Below, in pieces: positions 5,617 to 14,611 of a stretch of DNA of 18,337 nucleotides (position 1 is the stretch's first letter; the number at the start of each line of letters is the position of its first letter). Under the pieces are notes generated by a model that saw nothing but the letters and a program-made list of their open reading frames with translations, ran no database searches and was not told the origin of the DNA. The DNA lies in the IMG/VR virus record IMGVR_UViG_2657244986_000002; one strand, written 5' to 3'. The stretch comes from a virus (taxonomy: Duplodnaviria; Heunggongvirae; Uroviricota; Caudoviricetes). The position numbers and the translations under genes are program-made.

Positions 5617-7716
5617 ATGGGTTTTTCATCAGCCCGAAATTTGGGAAGGGACATATCGGCAGGATTTTCCCCACCACGTCGCATGCCGATTTCGGAGGCT
5701 GTTAAAAAATTCATGCGTGTTCCCAAGGGGGCTGGTAACTCGGTGCCATGGGATCCTGAACTGACACCCTACATCATTGAGCCCATGAACTGCCTGGCAT
5801 CGCGTGAATACGATGCGGTGATTTTTGTTGGTCCTGCGCGAACAGGGAAGACCATTGGTCTGATCGATGGATGGATTGTCTATACCATCGTTTGCGATCC
5901 TTCGGACATGCTCGTTGTGCAGATGACCGAAGATAAGGCCCGCGAGCATTCAAAAAAGCGCCTCGACAGAACGTTCAGAAGCAGTGCGGCGGTAAAGAAA
6001 AGAATGAGTCCACGTCGTAATGACAATAATGTCCATGATAAGACGTTCAGGGATGGCTCGTTCCTTAAAATTGGTTGGCCCTCGGTCAACATTATGTCGT
6101 CGTCGGATTACCGGTTTGTCGCCTTAACCGATTACGACCGTTTTCCGGAGAATATCGACAGCGAGGGTGATGGTTTCTCCCTGGCCTCAAAACGTACCAC
6201 CACATTTATGTCCGCCGGGATGACTCTGGTGGAGAGCTCGCCGGGACGTGACATCTGCGACAGCAAATGGCGACGTAAGTCGCCTCATGAAGCGCCACCG
6301 ACGACTGGTATTCTTTCCCTTTACAATCGTGGTGACCGCCGCCGCTGGTACTGGCCATGTCCGCACTGCGGTGAATATTTTCAGCCAGCCATGGATGCCA
6401 TGACCGGCTACCGTAATGAACCGGATCCCTTTAAAGCCAGTGAGGCGGCGTATCTACTTTGCCCGCACTGCAGCGGCATTATCACTGCGGAGAAAAAGCG
6501 TGAGCTCAATAGTGCAGGAGTCTGGTTGCGTGAAGGTCAGGTCATTGATTGTAACGGCAACGTTTCCGGTGAACCGCGCCGCTCCCGTATCGCCAGTTTC
6601 TGGATGGAAGGGCCAGCTGCTGCGTATCAGACCTGGGCGCAACTGGTTTACAAATTACTGACTGCAGAACAGGAGTATGAAGCGACAGGAAGTGAAGAAA
6701 CACTCAGGGCGGTTATCAACACCGACTGGGGATTACCTTATCTTCCCCGCGCCAGCATGGAGCAACGAAAAAGTGAACTGCTTGAGCAGCGGGCAGAGCC
6801 AGTTCCTTCCCGCAGTGTGCCAGATGGCGTTAATTTTCTTGTGGCGACAGTGGATGTGCAGGCGGGACGTCATCGCCGTTTTGTGGTTCAGGTAACGGGC
6901 TATGGCAGCCGTGGCGAACGCTGGATTATTGATCGTTACAACATCACGCAGTCATTGCGCGGTGACAGCGACGGGGAGAGCCAGCGAATTGATCCGGCCA
7001 GCTATCCGGAAGACTGGGATGTCCTGCTGACGGATGTTTTTCATAAAAGCTGGCCGCTGGCCTCCGATCCTTCTCAACAAATGCGACTGATGGCAATGGC
7101 GGTGGACTCCGGCGGTGAAGACGGGGTCACTGATAATGCCTATAAATTCTGGCGTCGTTGCCGTCGTGATGGCCTTGGTAAACGTATTTACCTGTTTAAG
7201 GGCGACAGCATCCGGCGCGCAAAACTGATCACCCGTACATTCCCTGATAACACCGGACGAACGGGCCGACGGGCGCAGGCCGCAGGTGATGTGCCGCTCT
7301 GGCTTCTTCAGACGGATGCACTGAAAGACCGGGTGAATAACGCGTTATGGCGTGACTCGCCAGGTCCCGGCTATGTGCATTTCCCTGACTGGCTGGGGAG
7401 CTGGTTTTACGACGAACTGACGTATGAAGAGCGGAGCAGTGACGGGAAATGGAGTAAGCCGGGTCGCGGTGCCAACGAAGCTTTTGACCTGATGGTGTAT
7501 GCCGAGGCTCTGGTCATTCTGCATGGATACGAAAAGATCCGCTGGCCGGATGCACCGGAGTGGGCGAGCCGGGAAACCTGGCTGGAGTGTGTCCCGGACA
7601 GTACCGAACCGTCATCCTCACCGGAACCGGTATCCACGCCTGTTAAAAAACAAAAACGGAAGAAAACAGTAACTGACGATGTTAACCCCTGGCTGACTTC
7701 CGGAGGATGGTTATGA
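5617..7716 (+). CDS. Terminase large subunit (lambda gpA family)
   Basis: 699 aa; contains a WPCPHCGEYFQ motif matching lambda gpA (ACPHCGEE) and a Walker-A-like GPARTGKT; strong RBS AGGAGG; stop overlaps the next gene. Confidence 0.9.
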   Translation: MGFSSARNLGRDISAGFSPPRRMPISEAVKKFMRVPKGAGNSVPWDPELTPYIIEPMNCLASREYDAVIFVGPARTGKTIGLIDGWIVYTIVCDPSDMLVVQMTEDKAREHSKKRLDRTFRSSAAVKKRMSPRRNDNNVHDKTFRDGSFLKIGWPSVNIMSSSDYRFVALTDYDRFPENIDSEGDGFSLASKRTTTFMSAGMTLVESSPGRDICDSKWRRKSPHEAPPTTGILSLYNRGDRRRWYWPCPHCGEYFQPAMDAMTGYRNEPDPFKASEAAYLLCPHCSGIITAEKKRELNSAGVWLREGQVIDCNGNVSGEPRRSRIASFWMEGPAAAYQTWAQLVYKLLTAEQEYEATGSEETLRAVINTDWGLPYLPRASMEQRKSELLEQRAEPVPSRSVPDGVNFLVATVDVQAGRHRRFVVQVTGYGSRGERWIIDRYNITQSLRGDSDGESQRIDPASYPEDWDVLLTDVFHKSWPLASDPSQQMRLMAMAVDSGGEDGVTDNAYKFWRRCRRDGLGKRIYLFKGDSIRRAKLITRTFPDNTGRTGRRAQAAGDVPLWLLQTDALKDRVNNALWRDSPGPGYVHFPDWLGSWFYDELTYEERSSDGKWSKPGRGANEAFDLMVYAEALVILHGYEKIRWPDAPEWASRETWLECVPDSTEPSSSPEPVSTPVKKQKRKKTVTDDVNPWLTSGGWL

Positions 7717-7925
7717 ACCAGAATGATATCGAAGCCATGATTCAGCGTTATACGGAAGCTGAAATGGCGGTGCTGGACGGAAAATCCGTCACCTTTAATG
7801 GTCAGCAGATGACCATGGAAAACTTATCTGAGATCAGGCAGGGACGGCAGGAGTGGGAGCGCCGCCTTGCGGCTCTGATTACACGACGACGGGGGCATCC
7901 CGGGTATCGGCTGGCGAGGTTCTGA
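7707..7925 (+). CDS. Head-tail joining protein (lambda gpW-like)
   Basis: About 70 aa with C-terminus ...RRRGHPGYRLARF resembling lambda W (...QRRRGPAGFYV); start at ATG 7707 or 7713, overlapping the TerL stop; stop overlaps the portal start (TGATG). Confidence 0.8.
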   Translation: MVMNQNDIEAMIQRYTEAEMAVLDGKSVTFNGQQMTMENLSEIRQGRQEWERRLAALITRRRGHPGYRLARF

Positions 7926-9400
7926 TGGCAATTCTTGATGATGTGATTGGCGTTTTTTCACCAGGATGGAAAGCGGCAAGGCTGCGTTCCCGTGCGGTGA
8001 TCCAGGCTTATGAGGCCGTAAAAACGACGCGGACACACAAAGCCCGACGGGAGAACCGAACTGCCGACCAGTTAAGCCAGTACGGGGCCGTGTCGTTACG
8101 TGAGCAGGCCCGTTACCTTGATAACAACCACGATCTGGTTATTGGTGTATTTGACAAGCTGGAAGAACGGGTGGTGGGGAAAAACGGGATTATTGTCGAG
8201 CCACATCCGGTATTACGCAATGGGGCCATTGCCCGTGACCTGGCTGCGGAGATTCGCACCCGATGGAGTGAATGGTCTGTCAGCCCGGAAGTCACCGGGC
8301 AGTTTACCCGTCCGATGCTGGAACGTCTGATGCTTCGTACCTGGCTGCGCGATGGTGAGGTGTTTGCCCAGATGGTTTCCGGGCGCATAAACAGCCTGAC
8401 GCCTTCTGCCGGTGTTCATTTCTGGCTGGAGGCGCTCGAGCCGGACTTTATTCCCATGACCAGTGATGAGAGCAACAGGCTGAATCAGGGCGTGTTTGTT
8501 GATGACTGGGGGCGTCCCGAAAAATATCTGGTGTATAAAAGTCGTCCTGTATCCGGACGGCAGATGGAAACCAAAGAAGTGGATGCAGAGCGAATGCTGC
8601 ATCTTAAATTTGTTCGCCGTCTGCACCAGATGCGCGGGACGTCTTTATTGTCCGGTGTGCTGATCCGCCTCAGCGCCCTGAAAGAGTATGAAGATTCTGA
8701 GCTGACTGCAGCAAGGGTCGCCGCTGCTCTGGGGATGTACATCCGCAAAGGCGACGGACAGAGCTATGAAACGGATGGTAATGACAGCAAGGAGAATGAA
8801 CGCGAGCTTACCATTCAGCCAGGCATTATTTACGACGATCTGAAACCCGGCGAAGAAATCGGAATGGTGAAGTCGGATCGCCCAAATCCTAACCTTGAAA
8901 CTTTTCGTAATGCTCAGTTGCGTGCCGTGGCGGCGGGCAGTCGTCTGAGTTTTTCCAGTACAGCGCGCAACTATAACGGCACTTACAGCGCCCAGCGTCA
9001 GGAGCTGGTTGAATCCACTGATGGCTACCTGATCCTGCAGGACTGGTTTATTGGTGCCGTCACCCGCCCGATGTATCGTGCCTGGCTGAAACAGGCTGTG
9101 GCATCCGGTGTTATCAGGCTACCCCGCGATCTTGACCGTTCTTCACTGTATACCGCGGTGTATTCCGGACCGGTGATGCCGTGGATTGACCCTGTTAAGG
9201 AGGCTGAGGCCTGGAAAATCCAGATTCGTGGTGGAGCGGCGACAGAATCAGACTGGGTACGTGCAGGTGGTCGTAATCCGGATGATGTCAAACGTCGGCG
9301 CAAGGCCGAAATTGATGAAAACCGCAAGCTGGACCTGGTATTTGATACCGATCCGGCCAGTGATAAAGGAGGCAGCAGTGCCGCAACGAAACGACAGTAG
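7925..9400 (+). CDS. Portal protein (lambda gpB family)
   Basis: 491 aa from the ATG at 7925 (MAILDDVIGVFSPGW...); gene order and size fit a lambda-type portal; the ORF-track 7853 start is an N-terminal extension overlapping gpW. Confidence 0.85.
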   Translation: MAILDDVIGVFSPGWKAARLRSRAVIQAYEAVKTTRTHKARRENRTADQLSQYGAVSLREQARYLDNNHDLVIGVFDKLEERVVGKNGIIVEPHPVLRNGAIARDLAAEIRTRWSEWSVSPEVTGQFTRPMLERLMLRTWLRDGEVFAQMVSGRINSLTPSAGVHFWLEALEPDFIPMTSDESNRLNQGVFVDDWGRPEKYLVYKSRPVSGRQMETKEVDAERMLHLKFVRRLHQMRGTSLLSGVLIRLSALKEYEDSELTAARVAAALGMYIRKGDGQSYETDGNDSKENERELTIQPGIIYDDLKPGEEIGMVKSDRPNPNLETFRNAQLRAVAAGSRLSFSSTARNYNGTYSAQRQELVESTDGYLILQDWFIGAVTRPMYRAWLKQAVASGVIRLPRDLDRSSLYTAVYSGPVMPWIDPVKEAEAWKIQIRGGAATESDWVRAGGRNPDDVKRRRKAEIDENRKLDLVFDTDPASDKGGSSAATKRQ

Positions 9401-11405
9401 CCGCAGTACACCGACGACCAGTCCGAAGAATAATTCCTGGTTCAGGATGCAGGCTGGTCACCAGAGTGACGCGGATATTTATATTTATGACGAGATTGGT
9501 TTCTGGGGTGTTACAGCGAAGCAGTTTATCAGTGATCTGAATGCACTGGGCGATATCACCCACATTAATCTCCATATCAATTCACCGGGTGGCGATGTCT
9601 TTGAAGGCATCGCCATTTTTAATGCGCTGAAAACACATGGTGCGTCCATTACCGTTTATGTCGACGGTGTGGCGGCATCAATGGCGTCGGTCATTGCGAT
9701 GGTGGGAAACCCGGTCATTATGCCGGAAAACACCTTCATGATGATTCATAAACCATTTGGCTTTACGGGCGGTGATGCGGAGGACATGCGCACCTATGCC
9801 GACCTGCTCGATAAAGTTGAGGCGGTTCTGTTACCCGCTTATGCACAGAAAACCGGGAAAACCACCGATGAAATTGCTGCCATGCTGGCGGATGAGACCT
9901 GGATGTCCGGTGCCGAATGTCTGGCACATGGATTTGCTGATCAGGTAACGCCAGCCGTTAAGGCAATGGCATGTATTCAGTCAAAACGTACAGAGGAATT
10001 TAAAAAGATGCCGGAATCCATTCGAAACATGATTACTCCGCCACGCAACAGTGCTCCACGCGTACAGGATAATGAACCTGAAGCCTCCCGGACGCCAGTG
10101 CAGGCAGCAGCACCCGTGGTGGATGAAAACAGCATCCGTGCGCAGGTACTGGCAGAGCAAAAAGCGCGTGTAAACGGTATTAATGATCTGTTTGCCATGT
10201 TTGGCGGGCGTTATCAGACGCTGCAGGCTCAGTGTCTTGCCGATCCTGAATGTTCGCTGGAGCAGGCCCGCGAAAAGCTGTTGAACGAGATGGGGCGCGA
10301 GTCCACGCCATCCAATAAAAATACCCCGGCTCATATTTATGCCGGTAACGGTAATTTTGTGGGGGACGGGATCCGCCAGGCGCTGATGGCGCGTGCCGGA
10401 TTTGAAAAAACCGAACGTGATAATGTCTACAACGGGATGACCCTGCGTGAATATGCCCGTATGTCACTGACTGAACGGGGTATTGGGGTTTCCAGTTATA
10501 ACCCGATGCAGATGGTCGGTGCGGCGTTCACACACAGTACGTCTGACTTCGGTAATATTCTGCTGGATGTTGCGAACAAAGCCATTCTGCAGGGCTGGGA
10601 AGATGCCCCTGAAACCTATGAACAGTGGACGCGGACAGGTCAGTTGTCTGATTTTAAAATTGCCCATCGTGTGGGTATGGGGGGCTTCAGTGCTCTGCGT
10701 CAGGTGCGTGAAGGGGCGGAATATAAATACGTCACCACCGGAGATAAACAGGCCACTATTGCACTGGCGACCTATGGCGAGCTGTTCAGTATCACCCGTC
10801 AGGCCATTATCAATGATGATCTGAATATGCTGACCGATGTCCCGATGAAGTTGGGCCGTGCGGCGAAATCCACTATTGCCGATCTGGTTTATGCCATTCT
10901 GACGTCTAACCCGAAAATCTCCACAGATAATGTAAGTCTGTTCGATAAAGCGAAACATGCAAACGTACTGGAGAGCGCTGCAATGGACGTGGCATCGCTG
11001 GATAAAGCCCGCCAGTTGATGCGCGTTCAGAAAGAGGGGGAGCGTCATCTGAATATTCGTCCTGCGTTCGTACTGGTACCGACGGCGATGGAGTCTGTTG
11101 CTAACCAGGTCATTCGCTCCTCAAGTGTCAAGGGGGCTGACATTAACGCCGGTATTATTAACCCGGTGAAAGATTTTGCGACCGTTATTGCAGAGCCTCG
11201 TCTTGATGATAACAGCCAGACCACCTTCTACCTGGCTGCGTCAAAAGGCTCCGATACGATTGAAGTGGCTTATCTCAACGGTGTGGATACGCCATATATT
11301 GATCAGATGGAGGGCTTCAGTGTGGATGGCGTGACAACGAAAGTGCGTATTGACGCCGGTGTCGCGCCAGTTGATCACCGCGGTCTGGTGAAATGTACGG
11401 CGTAA
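9378..11405 (+). CDS. Prohead protease (ClpP/S14-like) fused to major capsid protein
   Basis: N-terminal region has ClpP-type protease signatures (DIYIYDEIGFWG, HINSPGGDVFEGIAIFNALK, ASMASVIAMVG, MIHKP); a long helical linker and a C-terminal capsid-like domain follow. GTG start at 9378 has RBS AAGGAGG; ATG 9447 is an alternative. The ORF-track start 9186 lies inside the portal gene. Confidence 0.85.
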   Translation: MPQRNDSSRSTPTTSPKNNSWFRMQAGHQSDADIYIYDEIGFWGVTAKQFISDLNALGDITHINLHINSPGGDVFEGIAIFNALKTHGASITVYVDGVAASMASVIAMVGNPVIMPENTFMMIHKPFGFTGGDAEDMRTYADLLDKVEAVLLPAYAQKTGKTTDEIAAMLADETWMSGAECLAHGFADQVTPAVKAMACIQSKRTEEFKKMPESIRNMITPPRNSAPRVQDNEPEASRTPVQAAAPVVDENSIRAQVLAEQKARVNGINDLFAMFGGRYQTLQAQCLADPECSLEQAREKLLNEMGRESTPSNKNTPAHIYAGNGNFVGDGIRQALMARAGFEKTERDNVYNGMTLREYARMSLTERGIGVSSYNPMQMVGAAFTHSTSDFGNILLDVANKAILQGWEDAPETYEQWTRTGQLSDFKIAHRVGMGGFSALRQVREGAEYKYVTTGDKQATIALATYGELFSITRQAIINDDLNMLTDVPMKLGRAAKSTIADLVYAILTSNPKISTDNVSLFDKAKHANVLESAAMDVASLDKARQLMRVQKEGERHLNIRPAFVLVPTAMESVANQVIRSSSVKGADINAGIINPVKDFATVIAEPRLDDNSQTTFYLAASKGSDTIEVAYLNGVDTPYIDQMEGFSVDGVTTKVRIDAGVAPVDHRGLVKCTA

Positions 11406-11429
11406 ACGTCGCAGACAACAACTCTGATG

Positions 11430-11448
11430 GCCCGTAAGGGCTTTTTTT
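11430..11448 (+). terminator. Terminator-like hairpin after the capsid gene
   Basis: GCCC-gtaa-GGGC (4-bp GC stem, GNRA-like loop) followed by TTTTTTT; a second 7-bp hairpin CAGCCCC/GGGGCTG sits at 11460-11478 without a T-run. Confidence 0.45.
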
Positions 11449-11491
11449 GTACCTGAAATCAGCCCCTGAACGGGGCTGTGCGGAGACAGTT

Positions 11492-11815
11492 ATGGCAAAG
11501 AATTTTGTAGAAGAAGGAAAAACGGTGGCGATTGTTGCCAGTGCAGCCATCAGCAGCGGAGATCTGGTGCAGGTGGGTGATGTTTTTGCGGTAGCGCTGA
11601 CCGATATTCCACAGGGTGAAACAGGCGACGGCCTGACCGAAGGTGTGTTTATGCTGCCTAAGCTGAAAACGGATGACATGAAAACGGGTAAGAAGGTTTA
11701 TCTGAAGTCCGGAAAAGTTCAGTTGACTAACAGCGGCTCTGATCCGCTGGTCGGGGTTGTCTGGGCAGATGCCGGAACCAGTGCAGAAGAAGTGCCGGTA
11801 AAACTCAATGTCTGA
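11492..11815 (+). CDS. Small phage head protein (DUF2190-like; putative head decoration or stabilisation protein)
   Basis: 107 aa from ATG 11492 (MAKNFVEEGKTVAIVASAAISSGDLVQVGD...), GGAG upstream; sits immediately after the capsid gene. Family assignment is from memory. Confidence 0.7.
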   Translation: MAKNFVEEGKTVAIVASAAISSGDLVQVGDVFAVALTDIPQGETGDGLTEGVFMLPKLKTDDMKTGKKVYLKSGKVQLTNSGSDPLVGVVWADAGTSAEEVPVKLNV

Positions 11816-12083
11816 TCCCTTTTCCCGGCTGGCAGCGCGTATGGATGCGATCACGGTCAGAAAGATGGGAAAGACAGCCTCGATTAATGATGTCGATATG
11901 ACTGTGATCCCGGGAGAAACACTGGCAGAGCTGAATGCTCTGTCCGGACCTGCGGTCTCTCTGGTGGTGTTTTCTTCGGGATACCGCCCACGGCGCGGGG
12001 ATCGCGTTGTTTATGACGGACAACAATGGACGGTCACACGGCATGAACGTTTTAACGGTAAGCCAATGATCTTTATTGAGTAA
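11808..12083 (+). CDS. Head-tail attachment protein (lambda gpFII-like)
   Basis: 91 aa; region RPRRGDRVVYDGQQWTVTRHE resembles lambda FII (RQLRRGDTLTIGEENFWVDRV); start overlaps the previous stop (ATGTCTGA); lies directly upstream of the Z homolog. Confidence 0.7.
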   Translation: MSDPFSRLAARMDAITVRKMGKTASINDVDMTVIPGETLAELNALSGPAVSLVVFSSGYRPRRGDRVVYDGQQWTVTRHERFNGKPMIFIE

Positions 12084-12094
12084 AGAGGTGTGGG

Positions 12095-12673
12095 ATGAAG
12101 GGGCTTGAGAATGCCATCCGTAATCTGAACAGCCTTGATACCCGTATGGTGCCACAGGCCAGCGCATGGGCGATAAACCGTGTGGCACAGAAAGCGGTCT
12201 CGGTCGCCACCCGGCAGGTTGCCGGGAATACCGTTGCGGGAGATAACCAGGTGAAAGGGATCCCCCTGAAACTGGTACGTCAGCGTGTCCGGGTGTTTAA
12301 AGCCAGTCCGTCAGGAAAAATGACGGCCAGGATCCGCGTTAACCGGGGCAATCTGCCCGCTATTAAGCTGGGGACAGCCCGGGTCAGACTGGCCCGGCGT
12401 GGTGGAAAACTGCAGTACCGTGGCAGTGTGCTGAAGGTGGGTAAATATCTTTTCCGGGATGCGTTTATTCAGCAACTGGCGAATGGTCGCTGGCATGTGA
12501 TGCGGCGTATTGATGGCAAAAATCGTTACCCCATTGATGTGGTGAAAGTCCCGCTGTCCGGACCGCTGACACAGGCATTTGAAGATGCCCGCGACCGCAT
12601 TATTGCTGCGGAAATGCCGAAACAGCTGGGGTATGCACTGAAACAACAACTGAGGTTATGGCTGACCCGATGA
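12095..12673 (+). CDS. Minor tail protein Z (lambda gpZ-like)
   Basis: 192 aa with extensive similarity to lambda Z (KGLE...AINRVA..., IKLG.ARV, FIQQL.NGRWHVM.R..GKNRYPIDVVK, ELGYAL..QLR). Confidence 0.9.
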   Translation: MKGLENAIRNLNSLDTRMVPQASAWAINRVAQKAVSVATRQVAGNTVAGDNQVKGIPLKLVRQRVRVFKASPSGKMTARIRVNRGNLPAIKLGTARVRLARRGGKLQYRGSVLKVGKYLFRDAFIQQLANGRWHVMRRIDGKNRYPIDVVKVPLSGPLTQAFEDARDRIIAAEMPKQLGYALKQQLRLWLTR

Positions 12674-13071
12674 ACCGACATACACAAATCCGCCAGGCCG
12701 TACTGGCACGCCTTCGGGAACAGTGTGGAGACAGCGCCACGTTTTTTGACGGGCTTCCGGCATTTATTGATGCGCAGGAACTGCCTGCCGTGGCGGTGTG
12801 GCTGAGTGATGCTCAGTACACCGGAAAAATGACGGATGAAGATGACTGGCAGGCTGTTCTGCATATTGCTGTCTTCATCCGGGCACAGGCACCGGATTCA
12901 GAGCTGGATATGTGGATGGAGAGCACCATTTTCCCGGCTCTGAATGATATACCGGCACTTTCCGGACTCATCGACACCCTGATCCCTCTCGGTTTTAACT
13001 ATCAACGTGATAATGAGATGGCCACCTGGGCGATGGCGGAAATCACGTACCAGATCACGTACACGAATTAA
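12670..13071 (+). CDS. Tail terminator protein U (lambda gpU-like)
   Basis: Strong similarity to lambda U (ATFFDG.PA..D....PAVAV.L..A.YTG, WQA.LHI.VF..AQ.PDSELD.WMES.I.P...DIPALS.LI, TY.ITY); start ATG 12670 overlaps the Z stop (ATGA); ATG 12658 is an alternative. Confidence 0.9.
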   Translation: MNRHTQIRQAVLARLREQCGDSATFFDGLPAFIDAQELPAVAVWLSDAQYTGKMTDEDDWQAVLHIAVFIRAQAPDSELDMWMESTIFPALNDIPALSGLIDTLIPLGFNYQRDNEMATWAMAEITYQITYTN

Positions 13072-13076
13072 AGGAG

Positions 13077-13826
13077 GTGGCAATGACCACACCAAATCCA
13101 CTGGCAAAAACGAAAGGTGCGGGAACGACGTTCTGGATGTACACCGGCAAGGGCGATGCGTTTGCGAACCCTTTATCGGACACTGACTGGCTGCGTCTTG
13201 CGATGGTGAAGGATCTGCAACCTGGCGAAATGACCGCTGATGCAGAAGATGACACTTATCTCGATGATGAAGATGCAGACTGGAAAACGACAACCCAGGG
13301 GCAGAAATCCGTCGGTGATACTTCGGCGACGCTGGCCTGGCGTCCGGGTGACAGCGGGCAGAAAAAACTGGTTCAGTTGTTCGACTCCGGTGAAGTCTGC
13401 GCGTTTCGTATCAAATATCCCAACGGCACTGTTGATGTTTTCCGTGGCTGGCTGAGCTCACTGGGTAAAACCATTGCCTCAAAAGACGTGATGACCCGCA
13501 CAGTGAAAATCAGCGGTGTGGGGCGTCCGCATCTGGCAGAGGAAGGCACTGAAACAGTGAGCGTTACCGGGCTGACGGTGGCACCAGCATCTGCCAGTGT
13601 AAAAGTGGGAGCAACCACCACGCTGACCTTTACAGTAAAACCTGACGGAGCCAGTGACAAAGCGATCAGTGTACATTCGACAGATCCACAGACTGCCACG
13701 GTGACCCTGAACGGGCTTGTGGCCACGGTGAAAGGCGTGAAGCAGGGCAGTGTCAGCATTGTGGGCATGACTTCTGACGGCGATTTTGTGGCCGTGGCTG
13801 CGGTGGCTGTCAGCGCCGCAGGTTAA
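13077..13826 (+). CDS. Major tail protein V (lambda gpV-like) with C-terminal Ig-like domain
   Basis: 249 aa closely matching lambda V (KGAGTT.W.Y.G.GD..ANPLSD.DW.RLA.VKDL.PGE.TA...DD.YLDDEDADW, NGTVDVFRGW.SS.GK, RTVK...VGRP); Thr/Val-rich C-terminal region; RBS AAGGAGG. Confidence 0.9.
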   Translation: MAMTTPNPLAKTKGAGTTFWMYTGKGDAFANPLSDTDWLRLAMVKDLQPGEMTADAEDDTYLDDEDADWKTTTQGQKSVGDTSATLAWRPGDSGQKKLVQLFDSGEVCAFRIKYPNGTVDVFRGWLSSLGKTIASKDVMTRTVKISGVGRPHLAEEGTETVSVTGLTVAPASASVKVGATTTLTFTVKPDGASDKAISVHSTDPQTATVTLNGLVATVKGVKQGSVSIVGMTSDGDFVAVAAVAVSAAG

Positions 13827-13846
13827 CAGGACGATACTCATCATTT

Positions 13847-13870
13847 GCCCCGGTTATCCGGGGCTTTTTT
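13847..13870 (+). terminator. Terminator-like hairpin after the major tail gene
   Basis: GCCCCGG-ttat-CCGGGGC (7-bp stem, 4-nt loop) followed by TTTTTT, about 20 nt after the V stop and before the G start. Confidence 0.55.
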
Positions 13871-13883
13871 GCAGGTGGAGAAC

Positions 13884-14273
13884 ATGATGTTTCTGAAACA
13901 GGGCACGTTTAATTATGAAAAACAGTCCGTGGTGCTCAGTGAGCTGTCCGGGCTGCAGAGAATTGAATATCTGGCGTTTGTTCAGCAGCGAACGGCAAAG
14001 TTTGATGCCGGGGAGGGAGAACTGCCGGAGGCTGAACGACAGATTGCTTTTCTGCGGATGGGGATGGATATCAATGCCTGGCTGGTTTCCCGCTCACTGT
14101 GGAATGCGGATCAGTCTAAGGATGTAGAGACGCTTTGCGCATCCGTTATTACAACATGGTCGTATGATGCCCTGGGTGCGGGGGCGGAGATGGTTCTGTC
14201 GCTGAGCGGTATGGGGGCCATTGATAATGCCGGGGATGATGAGCATGAGGCGCTGACGCCGGAAAAGTCCTGA
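13884..14273 (+). CDS. Tail assembly chaperone G (lambda gpG-like)
   Basis: Translation from ATG 13884 (MMFLKQGTFNYEKQSVVLSELSGLQRIEYLAFVQQ) resembles lambda G (MFLKTESFEHNGVTVTLSELSALQRIEHLALMKR); RBS GGTGGAG; the ORF-track start 13845 overlaps the terminator and is rejected. Confidence 0.85.
   Translation: MMFLKQGTFNYEKQSVVLSELSGLQRIEYLAFVQQRTAKFDAGEGELPEAERQIAFLRMGMDINAWLVSRSLWNADQSKDVETLCASVITTWSYDALGAGAEMVLSLSGMGAIDNAGDDEHEALTPEKS
14261..14267 (+). other. Candidate -1 programmed ribosomal frameshift site (G to G-T)
   Basis: Heptamer G-GAA-AAG three codons before the G stop, inside the only 25-nt stretch where both frames are open; the A-site AAG to AAA slip is the classical bacterial Lys slip, but the P-site GAA to GGA re-pairing is non-canonical (lambda uses G-GGA-AAG). 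Confidence 0.4.
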
Positions 14274-14281
14274 CGCGGGAA

Positions 14282-14611
14282 ATGCAGTTTGTCATGCGGC
14301 TTGCCCGGGAGTTCCGGCGGGCAGACTGGCGGCGGATGCTGTCGGAAATGTCGGCCACTGAGCTTGGTGAGTGGGGCGATTATTTCCGGATGCAGAGCTT
14401 CAGTGATGTGTGGATGGATGCGCAGTTTGCCTCGCTGAAGGCATTGATCGTGAGAATGGTGTCCGGCAGCAGTGATGCTGCGGTGGCTGATTTCAGCCTT
14501 TTACCGGAAGAGAACGGGATACCGGAGCGAACGGACGAAGAACTGATGCATCTTGGAGAAGGTATTTCCGGAGGTGTGCGTTATGGACCAGATAGCCAAC
14601 CTGGTCATTGA
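14282..14611 (+). CDS. Tail assembly chaperone T-frame segment (lambda gpT-like), probably expressed only as a G-T fusion by -1 frameshift
   Basis: ORF in the -1 frame relative to G, open from 14249 and so overlapping the last 8 codons of G; sits between G and the tape measure gene exactly as T does in lambda; candidate slip site GGAAAAG at 14261-14267. Confidence 0.7.
   Translation: MQFVMRLAREFRRADWRRMLSEMSATELGEWGDYFRMQSFSDVWMDAQFASLKALIVRMVSGSSDAAVADFSLLPEENGIPERTDEELMHLGEGISGGVRYGPDSQPGH

Noticed and set aside
9186-9377. ORF-track N-terminal extension of the protease-capsid gene into the portal gene
   Set aside because: The region overlaps the portal gene 3' end in another frame; protease homology begins downstream; the GTG at 9378 with AAGGAGG is a much better start.
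10464-11048. Minus-strand 194-aa ORF (and other long antisense ORFs at 8213..8626, 9025..9411, 12898..13293, 13373..13844, 16509..16994)
   Set aside because: All lie entirely antisense within well-supported lambda-homologous structural genes; GC-rich coding DNA commonly yields long spurious antisense ORFs; none has a plausible RBS or recognisable product.
13845-13883. ORF-track N-terminal extension of gpG
   Set aside because: The extension overlaps the terminator hairpin after V; lambda G homology begins at MFLK and RBS GGTGGAG precedes ATG 13884.
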